A DNA stretch of 26,713 bases from a virus (lineage: Duplodnaviria > Caudoviricetes): positions 1 to 26,713 of the IMG/VR virus record IMGVR_UViG_3300043119_000142; one strand, written 5' to 3'. Below are positions 14,846 through 23,937 of the stretch, in pieces. Each line of letters opens with the position of its first letter. The stretch's first letter is position 1. The translations under genes and the position numbers were made by a program. Below the pieces are notes generated by a model. The model was not told where the DNA came from. It made no database searches and was given only the letters and a program-made list of their open reading frames with translations.

Positions 14846-17551
14846 ATGGACATTAACGAACTCGAATCCTTTAAATTAAGCGATGCAGTATCCTTTCACA
14901 AGGAACTGAACCCAAAACTTTGGGAAGATGAAAAGCTTGATCCAGAGGTTCGTGACCAATTAATGTTGATTGCAGAAGACTTTGTAGAATATTTAGGTAT
15001 TAGTAATCTCAAAGTTAAAGACGTTACAATAAGCGGAAGCAACGCTGCGTACTCATACACTCCCCATAGTGACTTAGATTTACACGTATTAGTAGATTTC
15101 AACGAACTACCAAACAACGAAGTCTACCAAGAACTATTCACTGCTAAGAAAACACTTTACAATGATGCCCATGACATCACCGTACGTGATGTTCCCGTAG
15201 AATTATATGTGCAGGATACCAACAATCCGGTTCAATCGTTAGGTGAATACAGTATTGTTCATGACAAGTGGATTCGTATTCCTAAAAAGCGTAGAGCAAA
15301 CTTTGATGAAGTTGCTACTAAAGCAAAGTATGAAAAGCTAGGCGACCTAATTGAACTTGCACTTAAGTCCAAAGATTCTAAAAGAGTTAATGATACTATT
15401 GCGCTTGTCAAGCGTTATCGCAAGTCAGGATTAGATAAAGCCGGAGAGTTTGGTCCCGAGAATCTAGCGTACAAAGCTGTTAGAAAGCAGGGGCTAGTAC
15501 AAGCCCTACACGACCTTAAAGTGCAATTACATACTGAAAAATTAAGCATTGACGAATATGCAAATGAAGACTATGATCCAAACGGTCCTCCCCCTGGACC
15601 TGAGTTCAAGCCCACAATGCCAGCGGGTACCGTTAAGGTAGATGTAAGTGATGTGTATGACTGGTACAAGCTAGGACAGCATATCAGCAATCTTAAAGGA
15701 TTAGGTAAGCATGACTTTGGTCAGGGTCCTCCCAGCACAATCCTTTCGTTTGGTGATGAAGACACTGAACACAAATACATTCAAGATTTAGAAAAGACCG
15801 GACTCACTACAACTGACATTGATCCTGTTGACCCCAATCAGCCCAAGGGCATGAAGCGTCAAAAGACCGACCCTACATATAATGTCAACGAGACAGAAGA
15901 CAAGAAGGCAGCAGTACTTAAGATTCAGAAACACTTGAATAAGAAGTATGGCGCTAACCTTGACCTTGATGGTAAGCTGGGCCCGTTGACTCTCAAATCA
16001 ATCAACAAGTTTATGCCTAGAGCAAAAACTGGATTAGCTGATGAGCCTAACAAGACCACAGCCGTGCAGGGCAAGAAACTTAAAGAAGCCAAGATTGACG
16101 CCCATCGTCAGGGTGATACTATTTGGATTAACTATTTTGAGGTTCCTGAAAAAGGCAAAGGTCTTGGCACTCAAGAATATATGAAGTTTGAAAAGAGTCT
16201 TCCCAAAGATATTAAAAAGATTCGTTTGGTAGCAAGTGACGCTGGATATGGTCCTACTCACGAGTTTTGGGACAGAATGGGATTTGACTATGCTTATCCG
16301 GACGATGATAACGAAATGGTCAAGCTGCTTGAAGCCTCAGATTACAGTCAATATGAAAGCGAAATAGAAGATTTCGTACAGTCATTGAATCCTGATGATG
16401 TTGGCGTAGAGCAGCTTGGGCCGTACCACGTTCACTTTGAAGGATTCACTGATGAGTGCCAGCAAGATGCAGAAAGACGATGCAATCTACCATCTGATAA
16501 TCCGCAACACTTAGCAAGCTACGACGATGTATATAAAGAAGTCATCAGAGATTTTGTGAGACGAGAAGGTGGCAAGAAGCCTCTTAAAGTTGGCTTTGCT
16601 GGATATCAAGACTATCCCGTCATCTATGCAGTGTTTGACAATCCTGAACCATATAAGAATCCAGATGCATGGAATCCTAAGATAGATGAAGCATCAGGGT
16701 ATATTCCATCTGCAAAAGAAAAGAACGACCCTCGCTTCAAGACTGCCCTCACGGTAGATGTAAAGCCAGACGCAATAAAAAAGAATGCTAAGGCATTTGG
16801 ATTCAAGACTTCACGAGCAGGCATTCCTCCCCAAGCACGAGCAGATGGTAAGATAGCAGAAGACCTAATGCGAGAGTTTAAAACTTTCTTAGGTGAGCAA
16901 CAGGAAGAAATGTTTCCGGGCTACGATGAACAGCACAGAGAAAAGCGTTTAGGCAATTGGTTAGCTAAGTCTTGGGGCGTCCAGAACGGCAAGCCACAGA
17001 CATTCTATCACGCTACAACCAAAGACTTTGATACATTCAACACACATGGCACAGGCTTCGCTAGTGCATTGGGTATGGCATATGAAGTAGAACGTCACGG
17101 TTCCTTCTTCGCAGTGGACCCAAAGTTCGCTGAGGGTTTTATTGAAGATCCAAACACTGGGCGAGTAAAAGAAGGTGGCAGAGTTCTTCCTGTTCACTTG
17201 TCAATACAATCACCTATTGATTTGCGTGATGACGCACTTTCAAGAATGTTGAGTGATGAAGAAACGGTAGAAGAATTCAAAGCCAATGACATTGACCTTC
17301 GTTCAATCTACAATCACTTTTACGAACTTGAGCGTTGGGAACTGTTTGACGGTCCCGAGGGTGCAGAGTTTATTGACAACTTACAGAAGCTAGGCTTTGA
17401 TGGAGCAATCATCAATGAGTCAATCCCTAACGATAGCAACGCTAAGTCCGGACAAGTTTGGGTAGCGTTCAGCCCTAATCAGGTTAAGTCAGTGTACAAT
17501 CGCGGCTCGTTCTCCCCTGATGATGCTAGACTAACCAAAGAAAGCGGTTGA
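14846..17551 (+). CDS. 901-aa polyvalent protein: Pol-beta-type nucleotidyltransferase + PG-binding-like + GNAT + ADP-ribosyltransferase-like (ART-PolyVal-like) modules
   Basis: NTase: GSN..Y..SDLDLH..VELYVQD. PG-binding: VLKIQKHL..LDGKLGPLT..I..F. GNAT: EKGKGLGT..FWDRMGF. ART-like: FYHAT..FDTF..GSFFA..GFDG..VAFSPNQVKS. Confidence 0.75.
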   Translation: MDINELESFKLSDAVSFHKELNPKLWEDEKLDPEVRDQLMLIAEDFVEYLGISNLKVKDVTISGSNAAYSYTPHSDLDLHVLVDFNELPNNEVYQELFTAKKTLYNDAHDITVRDVPVELYVQDTNNPVQSLGEYSIVHDKWIRIPKKRRANFDEVATKAKYEKLGDLIELALKSKDSKRVNDTIALVKRYRKSGLDKAGEFGPENLAYKAVRKQGLVQALHDLKVQLHTEKLSIDEYANEDYDPNGPPPGPEFKPTMPAGTVKVDVSDVYDWYKLGQHISNLKGLGKHDFGQGPPSTILSFGDEDTEHKYIQDLEKTGLTTTDIDPVDPNQPKGMKRQKTDPTYNVNETEDKKAAVLKIQKHLNKKYGANLDLDGKLGPLTLKSINKFMPRAKTGLADEPNKTTAVQGKKLKEAKIDAHRQGDTIWINYFEVPEKGKGLGTQEYMKFEKSLPKDIKKIRLVASDAGYGPTHEFWDRMGFDYAYPDDDNEMVKLLEASDYSQYESEIEDFVQSLNPDDVGVEQLGPYHVHFEGFTDECQQDAERRCNLPSDNPQHLASYDDVYKEVIRDFVRREGGKKPLKVGFAGYQDYPVIYAVFDNPEPYKNPDAWNPKIDEASGYIPSAKEKNDPRFKTALTVDVKPDAIKKNAKAFGFKTSRAGIPPQARADGKIAEDLMREFKTFLGEQQEEMFPGYDEQHREKRLGNWLAKSWGVQNGKPQTFYHATTKDFDTFNTHGTGFASALGMAYEVERHGSFFAVDPKFAEGFIEDPNTGRVKEGGRVLPVHLSIQSPIDLRDDALSRMLSDEETVEEFKANDIDLRSIYNHFYELERWELFDGPEGAEFIDNLQKLGFDGAIINESIPNDSNAKSGQVWVAFSPNQVKSVYNRGSFSPDDARLTKESG

Positions 17552-17576
17552 CATATGCCCAAAACTACTGTAGTGT
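17548..17576 (+). promoter_or_regulatory. Sigma70-type promoter TTGACA-17-TAGTGT
   Basis: The -35 box overlaps the upstream TGA stop. ATG 17583 lies 7 nt after the -10 box. Confidence 0.65.
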
Positions 17577-17582
17577 GATAAT

Positions 17583-17843
17583 ATGGATAGAACATTCAAC
17601 ACTGCACTAGAAGCTAGGCATATCATCATGGATCTATGGCGTCAGTTGAATAGGTTGCCCTATAATCCTGACCTAAGGAAACTCTGCAACAACATCGGTG
17701 AAATGAATTCCCAACTCAGCCGTCTAGAAGTTGACGCTAGGCGGACACGCAAGACCAGTAAGGTTGACGCACATAGGGAAGACCTGGTCAAAGCTATCAA
17801 GCACCTTGAGCATCTTATCCTTATGGCAAAACTCATGGCATAA
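17583..17843 (+). CDS. Hypothetical helical protein (86 aa)
   Basis: Clean ORF behind a sigma70 promoter; no recognisable motif. Confidence 0.7.
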   Translation: MDRTFNTALEARHIIMDLWRQLNRLPYNPDLRKLCNNIGEMNSQLSRLEVDARRTRKTSKVDAHREDLVKAIKHLEHLILMAKLMA

Positions 17844-17871
17844 AAAAATATCCACTAAGGCGAAAAAGTGG

Positions 17872-17900
17872 TTGACAATCCCCTCACAATGTCGTATAAC
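17872..17900 (+). promoter_or_regulatory. Sigma70-type promoter TTGACA-17-TATAAC, followed by a leader hairpin
   Basis: Perfect -35 and 17-bp spacer. A 9-bp stem tatagagag/ctctctata forms at 17906-17937, then SD aaggag. Confidence 0.75.
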
Positions 17901-17963
17901 AAGACTATAGAGAGCAAGAAAGCAAACACTCTCTATATTCGTTCAAACTAAGGAGCTAATTAA

Positions 17964-19064
17964 ATGTCTCAGATTTCAGATAATCTCACTATCACTTCTA
18001 TTCAGGCCCGCAAGGCGATGCTTACTGCATTTAAGGTAAAGCGTCCTGTCTTTCTTTGGGGCCCTCCCGGCATCGGCAAGTCCGAATGCGTTCAGGATAT
18101 TACCGAAGAACTCGGTGGTTACATGGTTGATTTGCGTATGGCGCAGATGGAACCGACTGACATTCGTGGTATTCCTTACTTCAATAAGGAAATCGGTAAG
18201 ATGGATTGGGCTGAGCCTGTCGATCTTCCCAGCGAAGAACTCGCTGCACAGTATCCGATTGTTGTTCTTTTCCTTGACGAAATGAACTCGGCTCCCCCTG
18301 CTGTTCAGGCTGCTGGTTATCAGCTTATTCTGAACCGTCGTGTTGGTAAGTACAAGCTGCCTGATAACGTTGTTATCGTTGCTGCCGGTAACCGCGATAG
18401 CGACAAGGGCGTTACGTATCGTATGCCGATGCCGCTTGCTAACCGCTTCGTTCACATTGAAATGCGTCCTGACTTCAACTCTTGGCAGATTTGGGCTGTT
18501 AACAAGGGCATTCACAAGGATGTTGTTGGTTATCTCTCGTTCGCTAAGCAGGACATCTACGACTTTGATGCTAAGTCTTCGAGCCGTGCATTCGCTACTC
18601 CGCGTTCGTGGACGTTCGTGAGCGACTTGCTTACTGATGAAGACAACGTTGATAACGATACGTTGTTCAATCTTGTTGCAGGTGCAGTCGGTGACGGTCT
18701 TGCTACGAAGTTCATGGCACACCGTAAGGTTGCTGGTAAGATGCCGAATCCTGCTGACATTCTTGAAGGCAAGGTCAAGGAACTTAACGTCAAGGAAATC
18801 TCTGCGATGTACTCGCTCACGATTTCTATGTGCTACGAACTCAAGGATGCTATCGACAACAAGCGTGTTGATAACAAGAAGTTTCACGAAATGTGTGCAA
18901 ACTTCTTCGACTACATGATGAAGAACTTCGAAACGGAGTTGGTCGTTATGGGTTCGAAGATTGCACTCAAGACGTATAAGCTTCCGATTGAGCCCTCGCA
19001 GCTTAACAACTTCGATGAATTCTACAAGAAGTACGGTAAGTACATTGTAGAAGCTGGCAACTAA
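17964..19064 (+). CDS. MoxR-like AAA+ ATPase
   Basis: Walker A GPPGIGKS, Walker B LFLDE, sensor AAGN, and Arg finger PLANRF. Confidence 0.9.
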   Translation: MSQISDNLTITSIQARKAMLTAFKVKRPVFLWGPPGIGKSECVQDITEELGGYMVDLRMAQMEPTDIRGIPYFNKEIGKMDWAEPVDLPSEELAAQYPIVVLFLDEMNSAPPAVQAAGYQLILNRRVGKYKLPDNVVIVAAGNRDSDKGVTYRMPMPLANRFVHIEMRPDFNSWQIWAVNKGIHKDVVGYLSFAKQDIYDFDAKSSSRAFATPRSWTFVSDLLTDEDNVDNDTLFNLVAGAVGDGLATKFMAHRKVAGKMPNPADILEGKVKELNVKEISAMYSLTISMCYELKDAIDNKRVDNKKFHEMCANFFDYMMKNFETELVVMGSKIALKTYKLPIEPSQLNNFDEFYKKYGKYIVEAGN

Positions 19065-19076
19065 GTCAGCGGCTCC

Positions 19077-19114
19077 TGGGGGAAGGTTAGAGACAGCCTT
19101 CCCCCACCCTCTTT
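19077..19114 (+). terminator. GC-rich hairpin, probable intrinsic terminator or RNA-stabilising stem
   Basis: tgggggaagg / ccttccccca inverted repeat just after the AAA stop; only a weak pyrimidine tail. Confidence 0.6.
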
Positions 19115-19423
19115 ATGTCTCGTCCAAAGGATCCTTTTATGGCTAAGCCAATCTTTAAGTACAACACCGAGCAACAGCACCTTCGTAATTGCCAGCTCCG
19201 CATCAACGGATTGACCGTCAGCGTTAACATGGGCAAACCGTATCAGTCAGAACTTACTCGGCATATCGCAGCCCGAGAAGAAATTCTATCTCGTATTTCT
19301 GCAACTGATTTGGCAGCGATGGAAGCGCATGAAAATCGAGTATTGACTGTAGCCGAAAAGGCAGCCGAAGCTAAGGCGCTGGCTATTGCTATGTCAGAAA
19401 ATCGTGATAAGCCTTCGATTTAG
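19115..19423 (+). CDS. Hypothetical protein (102 aa)
   Basis: ORF fills the gap between the AAA and VWA genes; no recognisable motif. Confidence 0.6.
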   Translation: MSRPKDPFMAKPIFKYNTEQQHLRNCQLRINGLTVSVNMGKPYQSELTRHIAAREEILSRISATDLAAMEAHENRVLTVAEKAAEAKALAIAMSENRDKPSI

Positions 19424-19425
19424 GC

Positions 19426-19454
19426 TTGACATTATCCTAAAAGTTTGTTATAGT
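19426..19454 (+). promoter_or_regulatory. Sigma70-type promoter TTGACA-17-TATAGT with extended -10 TG
   Basis: Perfect -35 and TGn-TATAGT; SD ggag before ATG 19483. Confidence 0.8.
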
Positions 19455-19482
19455 CAAAACATAATCAAGCAACGGAGTTTTT

Positions 19483-20781
19483 ATGACCAATATTACTGCC
19501 CCTACTAAGCGCAATTCAAAGCGTTCACGTAGCAAGAAGTTTGAAAATCTTGTTGGTCCTACTGACCCGCGTGTTGACCATGATGCTCGTGAGCGTCTTA
19601 TTACCGCTCGTATCGGTCTGCTTCTAAAGCACGCCTTCTTCGGTAACCTCGCTACTCGTCTCCAGCTTATCAATGCTGATGATTGGTTGACTACTGCTGC
19701 TACTGACGGTCTCAAGCTGTATTACAACAGCCGCTTTATCATGATGCTCAAGCCGAAGGAAGTTGAATTCCTCGTCGCTCACGAAGTCATGCACGTTGTT
19801 TACGATCACATTGGTCGTCGTATTGACCGTGACCCTGAAATCTGGAACATCGCTAACGACTACACTGTTAACGCTGACCTTAAGAAGCACAAGGTTGGTG
19901 AGTTCATCACGACGGTTCCTTGCTTGTATGAAAAGAAGTACGAGGGTTGGACTTCGGAAGATATCTATGACGATTTGATGAAGAACGTTCAGTACATCAA
20001 CATTGATGACCTTCTTGACCAAATGCTTGATGACCATCTTGATGGTGAAGGTGACGATGGCGAAGATGGTGACGGCAATGAAGACCGTAAGGGTAAGGGT
20101 CGTCCTAAGATGTCCGAATCCGAGCGTGAAGCTATGCGTCAGGAAGTTAAGCAGGCTATTCTAAATGCTGCACAGCAGGCAGAAGCTGGTTCGATGCCCG
20201 CAGGTGTCGAACGTTTAATCAAGCAAATGACTGACCCTGTCATGCCCTGGCGTGAACTCATCCAGACTAATCTGACCTCTGCTATCAAGTCTGATTACAC
20301 TTGGATGCGTCCTTCTCGTCGTTCGTGGCACATGGATGCTATCATGCCCGGTATGAATCCTGGTGAAGAAATCGATGTTGATATCTATATCGACATGTCA
20401 GGTTCCATCAGCAACAAGCAGGGTATGCAGTTTCTTAGCGAAGTTGCAGGCATGATGGATGCATTCGATGGCTACAATCTCCGTGTCACTAGCTTTGATA
20501 CTAAGTGCTACAACACTCAAGAATTCTCTAGCGAGAACATGGAGCGTATTGAAGAATACGAATTGCACGGCGGTGGTGGTACCGACTTCGATTGCATCTT
20601 TGATGACCTCAAGGAAGCTGGTCGTGTTCCTAATCGCTTGATCGTCTTCACTGACGGTTATCCGTTCGGTTCGTGGGGTGATGCTGATTACTGTGATACG
20701 ACTTGGGTCATTCACGGTGACCCGAATCCGAACCCGCCCTTCGGTACTTTTGCAATCTACGATGACCATCGCAAGAAGTGA
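19483..20781 (+). CDS. DUF2201-type metallopeptidase-VWA protein
   Basis: TAATDG, HEVMH (HExxH), WNIA.DY.VN, an acidic linker, MIDAS DMSGS, GGGGTDF, VFTDG. Confidence 0.9.
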   Translation: MTNITAPTKRNSKRSRSKKFENLVGPTDPRVDHDARERLITARIGLLLKHAFFGNLATRLQLINADDWLTTAATDGLKLYYNSRFIMMLKPKEVEFLVAHEVMHVVYDHIGRRIDRDPEIWNIANDYTVNADLKKHKVGEFITTVPCLYEKKYEGWTSEDIYDDLMKNVQYINIDDLLDQMLDDHLDGEGDDGEDGDGNEDRKGKGRPKMSESEREAMRQEVKQAILNAAQQAEAGSMPAGVERLIKQMTDPVMPWRELIQTNLTSAIKSDYTWMRPSRRSWHMDAIMPGMNPGEEIDVDIYIDMSGSISNKQGMQFLSEVAGMMDAFDGYNLRVTSFDTKCYNTQEFSSENMERIEEYELHGGGGTDFDCIFDDLKEAGRVPNRLIVFTDGYPFGSWGDADYCDTTWVIHGDPNPNPPFGTFAIYDDHRKK

Positions 20782-21043
20782 TCTAGAACCCGTTTCGGAG
20801 ACTCGTTACATATATGAGTCTCCGGACGGGGGAAAGACCGTTTACGCTAGAGAAGTTGGTTCAGATAAGAGATTTATCGTGAAACAGGATCCTTTCATCA
20901 TTGAACGTCAACAGACAGCCATGAGGTCCAATCGGCTACTGACTATACTAAAGAAGTCACAAACCGATACCACGCTTAAGGATGCTCTAGAGGCGCTTGA
21001 AGCACTATATATTATTAAGTACGGTGATGATAAAGACAATTGA
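20762..21043 (+). CDS. Hypothetical phage protein (start probably 20762)
   Basis: YIYESPDGGKTVYAR motif. The longer start at 20678 overlaps the VWA gene excessively. Confidence 0.65.
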   Translation: MTIARSDLEPVSETRYIYESPDGGKTVYAREVGSDKRFIVKQDPFIIERQQTAMRSNRLLTILKKSQTDTTLKDALEALEALYIIKYGDDKDN

Positions 21044-21266
21044 AGATATCAATCTGCATACTTGGTTCATGAACCGAGAATTAGACTTTGCCCCTAAACA
21101 CTTTGTTGTATCCGGTACCCGATTAACCACGGAATCTACGATTTGGATTCAAGAGAAATTGTCCGGTAGATACGCAATAGTAGCTTTGGAAAATGCTTTT
21201 ATGGAACAAGTTCCGGCATTTGAAGACCCTAAGGAAGCATTGTTTTATGAACTTACATGGGGTTAG
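21027..21266 (+). CDS. Hypothetical phage protein (start probably 21024 or 21027)
   Basis: Overlapping-gene arrangement; C-terminus FEDPKEALFYELTWG. Confidence 0.6.
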   Translation: MIKTIEDINLHTWFMNRELDFAPKHFVVSGTRLTTESTIWIQEKLSGRYAIVALENAFMEQVPAFEDPKEALFYELTWG

Positions 21267-21558
21267 GGCTACTAGCGTTTGGATAGATGATTTTGGATTT
21301 GAACCGACTCCTCGCCGCATAGCTACATGCACGATAGACAGCAATATCTTTAGTGAAACACTACACTACGCTAATCCAATCATGTATTCGTTTGCTGAAT
21401 TGGAAGAAATGGCTAAGTGGTGTTACGAAACCTTTGGTGCCACTGGCTATAATCCATGTACTATGCAAACTGTTTGGGGTTATCAGTATGATCCTGACTA
21501 TATCTTTTGGTTCGGTGAAGAAAAACACTTAATGATGTTCATTTTACGCTGGTCATAA
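21247..21558 (+). CDS. Hypothetical phage protein (start uncertain)
   Basis: EMAKWCYETFG...FWFGEEKHLMMFILRWS. Confidence 0.6.
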   Translation: MNLHGVRATSVWIDDFGFEPTPRRIATCTIDSNIFSETLHYANPIMYSFAELEEMAKWCYETFGATGYNPCTMQTVWGYQYDPDYIFWFGEEKHLMMFILRWS

Positions 21559-21584
21559 AATATTTTAGCCGACTATTTCCTCAT

Positions 21585-21590
21585 TAAATA
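21585..21590 (+). promoter_or_regulatory. Putative late promoter TAAATA
   Basis: Intergenic, upstream of SD aaggag and ATG 21620. Confidence 0.5.
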
Positions 21591-21619
21591 CTTTTGCTAA
21601 ACCTTAAGGAGAAAAGCAA

Positions 21620-22336
21620 ATGGCTTTTATGAGACACGTCGGAAAGCATGGAGACCGCAAGATTGCAGTCGTATTCCGTGAAGTTCCAGGCGAACCACAC
21701 ATGGCATTAGTCGTGTACACAGAAATTCTTAATCGCAGTATCCACGATCCATTGATTTCATGCATCGAAAGTGATATTGGACAAAACAGTGAAGACCTCG
21801 CTCTTGCACTTAACCGCTCTTACACCACAGATGGTCAAATCATTCTACAGAAGCTTCACGCAGAAGGAATGTTAAAGAAGGTTCAAACTGAACTTATTGT
21901 CATGACCCCGCAACCCGGCACAATGATCAAGTTGAATGAACTTAACAAGATTCTTGACCAAATGAAGATGGGTGAAGATGCAGTCAAGAAGTTGACTGAA
22001 ATGGATCAGCAGATGGGTATGCAGGATCCAATGGCAGTTGCAAGACGTATGCGCGGCGACAAGGATGCATTCACCCCCGAAACTATTCCGGGAAATAAAC
22101 AGGCACCGACTGGAATCGATGCATCTGGTGATTTGTTAGGTGACACTACCCTTGCTAATAACCTTCGTCAACAGGCTTTAAGAATGGCAGCAGAAGCTAA
22201 AGGTCTGCTAGCAGAGTCAGAAAGAATGTTGAGTCAAGCAGAAACATTGGCACCTAGTGCAGCAGCTACTACCGCAGTCGGAGTTCCATCTAAGAAGACA
22301 AGAGGGCGTCCTAAGAAAACTGTATCAGTTGCCTAA
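21620..22336 (+). CDS. Hypothetical protein with a coiled coil and a C-terminal AT-hook-like motif
   Basis: Strong SD; C-terminal KKTRGRPKK. Confidence 0.75.
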   Translation: MAFMRHVGKHGDRKIAVVFREVPGEPHMALVVYTEILNRSIHDPLISCIESDIGQNSEDLALALNRSYTTDGQIILQKLHAEGMLKKVQTELIVMTPQPGTMIKLNELNKILDQMKMGEDAVKKLTEMDQQMGMQDPMAVARRMRGDKDAFTPETIPGNKQAPTGIDASGDLLGDTTLANNLRQQALRMAAEAKGLLAESERMLSQAETLAPSAAATTAVGVPSKKTRGRPKKTVSVA

Positions 22337-22355
22337 ATTTAGTAAGGATTAATGA

Positions 22356-22652
22356 ATGTCACCCGAGTTTATCCAGAAGTGGGAAAACTTATTACAGGAT
22401 GTTGACAAGCAAAAAGTACCAATTGAATTTATCAAAAAGATAATTCTTAGGCTTCAAGGTAAACGACAACGTACTATTAACATCGAAAAATTGTTAGATC
22501 AGGGACTAGATCCGGATCATGTTGAAGATATTATTAGTAGAAAAATCATTGACCTTGATGATGAAGTTATCGGAATTGAATTTTTACTTAATGTTCAAAG
22601 CATTGCAGACGTAGTGCAACCAGAAACAGACAAATTACTGAATGGACTATGA
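22356..22652 (+). CDS. Hypothetical protein (98 aa)
   Basis: SD aagga; ATGA overlap with the DHFR gene. Confidence 0.7.
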   Translation: MSPEFIQKWENLLQDVDKQKVPIEFIKKIILRLQGKRQRTINIEKLLDQGLDPDHVEDIISRKIIDLDDEVIGIEFLLNVQSIADVVQPETDKLLNGL

Positions 22653-23110
22653 AATTAATATTAGCATGTGATCCCGACGGGGGAATAGGCTATCAAAACA
22701 GATTGCCCTGGACTAATATCCAGGGCGATTTGCCAAGATTTAAGAGTCTTACTGAAGGTCAAACTGTCATTATGGGACGCAACACTTGGGATAGCCTGCC
22801 GAAGAAACCATTACCCGGAAGAGTCAACATTGTCGTATCTTCTAGACCACTAGAAGCGGAACATCACAATGTCATTAGATCATCGGAGATTCATTTTAAC
22901 AGACCAGACGATGTTGAATTTTGGCTTATTGGCGGCGCCAAATTAATTGAGCAATATTGGAACGAGATAGATGAAATTCATCTAACCAAAGTATATGACC
23001 ATTACGCTTGCGATACCTTCATAGATTTGCTATACATAGAGCATAACTATGTAAGGACCTACAGCGAAATGTTTCCTGACCATACATATGAGATTTGGAA
23101 AAGAAAATGA
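22649..23110 (+). CDS. folA: Dihydrofolate reductase
   Basis: GIGYQNRLPW, DL..FK..T, VIMGRNTWDSLP..PLPGR.NIVVS, IGGA, CDTF. Confidence 0.95.
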   Translation: MKLILACDPDGGIGYQNRLPWTNIQGDLPRFKSLTEGQTVIMGRNTWDSLPKKPLPGRVNIVVSSRPLEAEHHNVIRSSEIHFNRPDDVEFWLIGGAKLIEQYWNEIDEIHLTKVYDHYACDTFIDLLYIEHNYVRTYSEMFPDHTYEIWKRK

Positions 23111-23937
23111 AGCAATATCACGATTTACTTGAAGACATACTAAATAGTGGCGAAGTCAAAGATGACCGAACAGGCGTCGGCACTATAAGTGTCTTTGGTC
23201 GTCAATTGCGATTTGACTTGACAGCGGGCTTTCCCGCTGTAACAACTAAAAAATTAGCATGGAAATCAGTAGTTAGTGAACTACTGTGGTTTATTGAAGG
23301 GAGCGGAGATGAGAGAAGACTTGCAGAAATTTTATACGGATCCAGAGATACTGAACGTAGCACGATATGGACAGGAAACGCTCAAGCAGCTTATTGGACG
23401 CCAAAAGCGAAATACGACAGGGATCTGGGACGAGTATATGGTGTACAGTGGAGAGACTGGCGAGGAGTTGACCAACTCTCAAATCTAATTGAAGGCATCA
23501 AGAAGGACCCAAACGGTCGTAGACATATTCTTACCGCATGGAATGTTGACGAACTTGATCAGATGGCATTGCCTCCCTGTCACGTTCTCGCACAGTTTTA
23601 TGTAAGCAACGGTAAACTAAGCTGCCACATGTATCAGCGTAGCGTTGATGTATTCCTTGGCCTACCCTTCAACATCGCTAGTTATGCATTGCTTACCCAC
23701 ATGATTGCACAGGTTTGTGACCTTAAAGTAGGTGAACTTATCATTTCAACCGGCGACACGCATATCTATTCAAATCATATTGAGCAGGTTAAAGAGCAAT
23801 TGAGCAGAGAAGAATACCCACTTCCTCTCCTTTTCCTCACCCCCGAAATAAAAAGTATTGACAAATTCTCAATGGATGCTATACTGTTATTTGACTATCA
23901 GAGTCACGGTACTATTAAGGCTGATATGGCAGTATGA
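23107..23937 (+). CDS. thyA: Thymidylate synthase (ThyA type; start probably 23107)
   Basis: DRTGVGT, ELLWF, MALPPCH, YQRSVDVFLGLPFNIASY, GDTHIY; ATGA overlap with dfr. Confidence 0.97.
   Translation: MKQYHDLLEDILNSGEVKDDRTGVGTISVFGRQLRFDLTAGFPAVTTKKLAWKSVVSELLWFIEGSGDERRLAEILYGSRDTERSTIWTGNAQAAYWTPKAKYDRDLGRVYGVQWRDWRGVDQLSNLIEGIKKDPNGRRHILTAWNVDELDQMALPPCHVLAQFYVSNGKLSCHMYQRSVDVFLGLPFNIASYALLTHMIAQVCDLKVGELIISTGDTHIYSNHIEQVKEQLSREEYPLPLLFLTPEIKSIDKFSMDAILLFDYQSHGTIKADMAV

Noticed and set aside
17976-18887. 303-aa minus-strand ORF
   Set aside because: It is the antisense shadow of the AAA+ gene, explained by that gene's biased codon usage. It has no motifs or RBS.
23107-23937. ThyA homologue acting as a dCMP hydroxymethylase for modified DNA
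   Set aside because: It retains the dUMP-specifying Asn (PFNIASY) and is coupled to DHFR, so it is an ordinary thymidylate synthase. No intron is visible.
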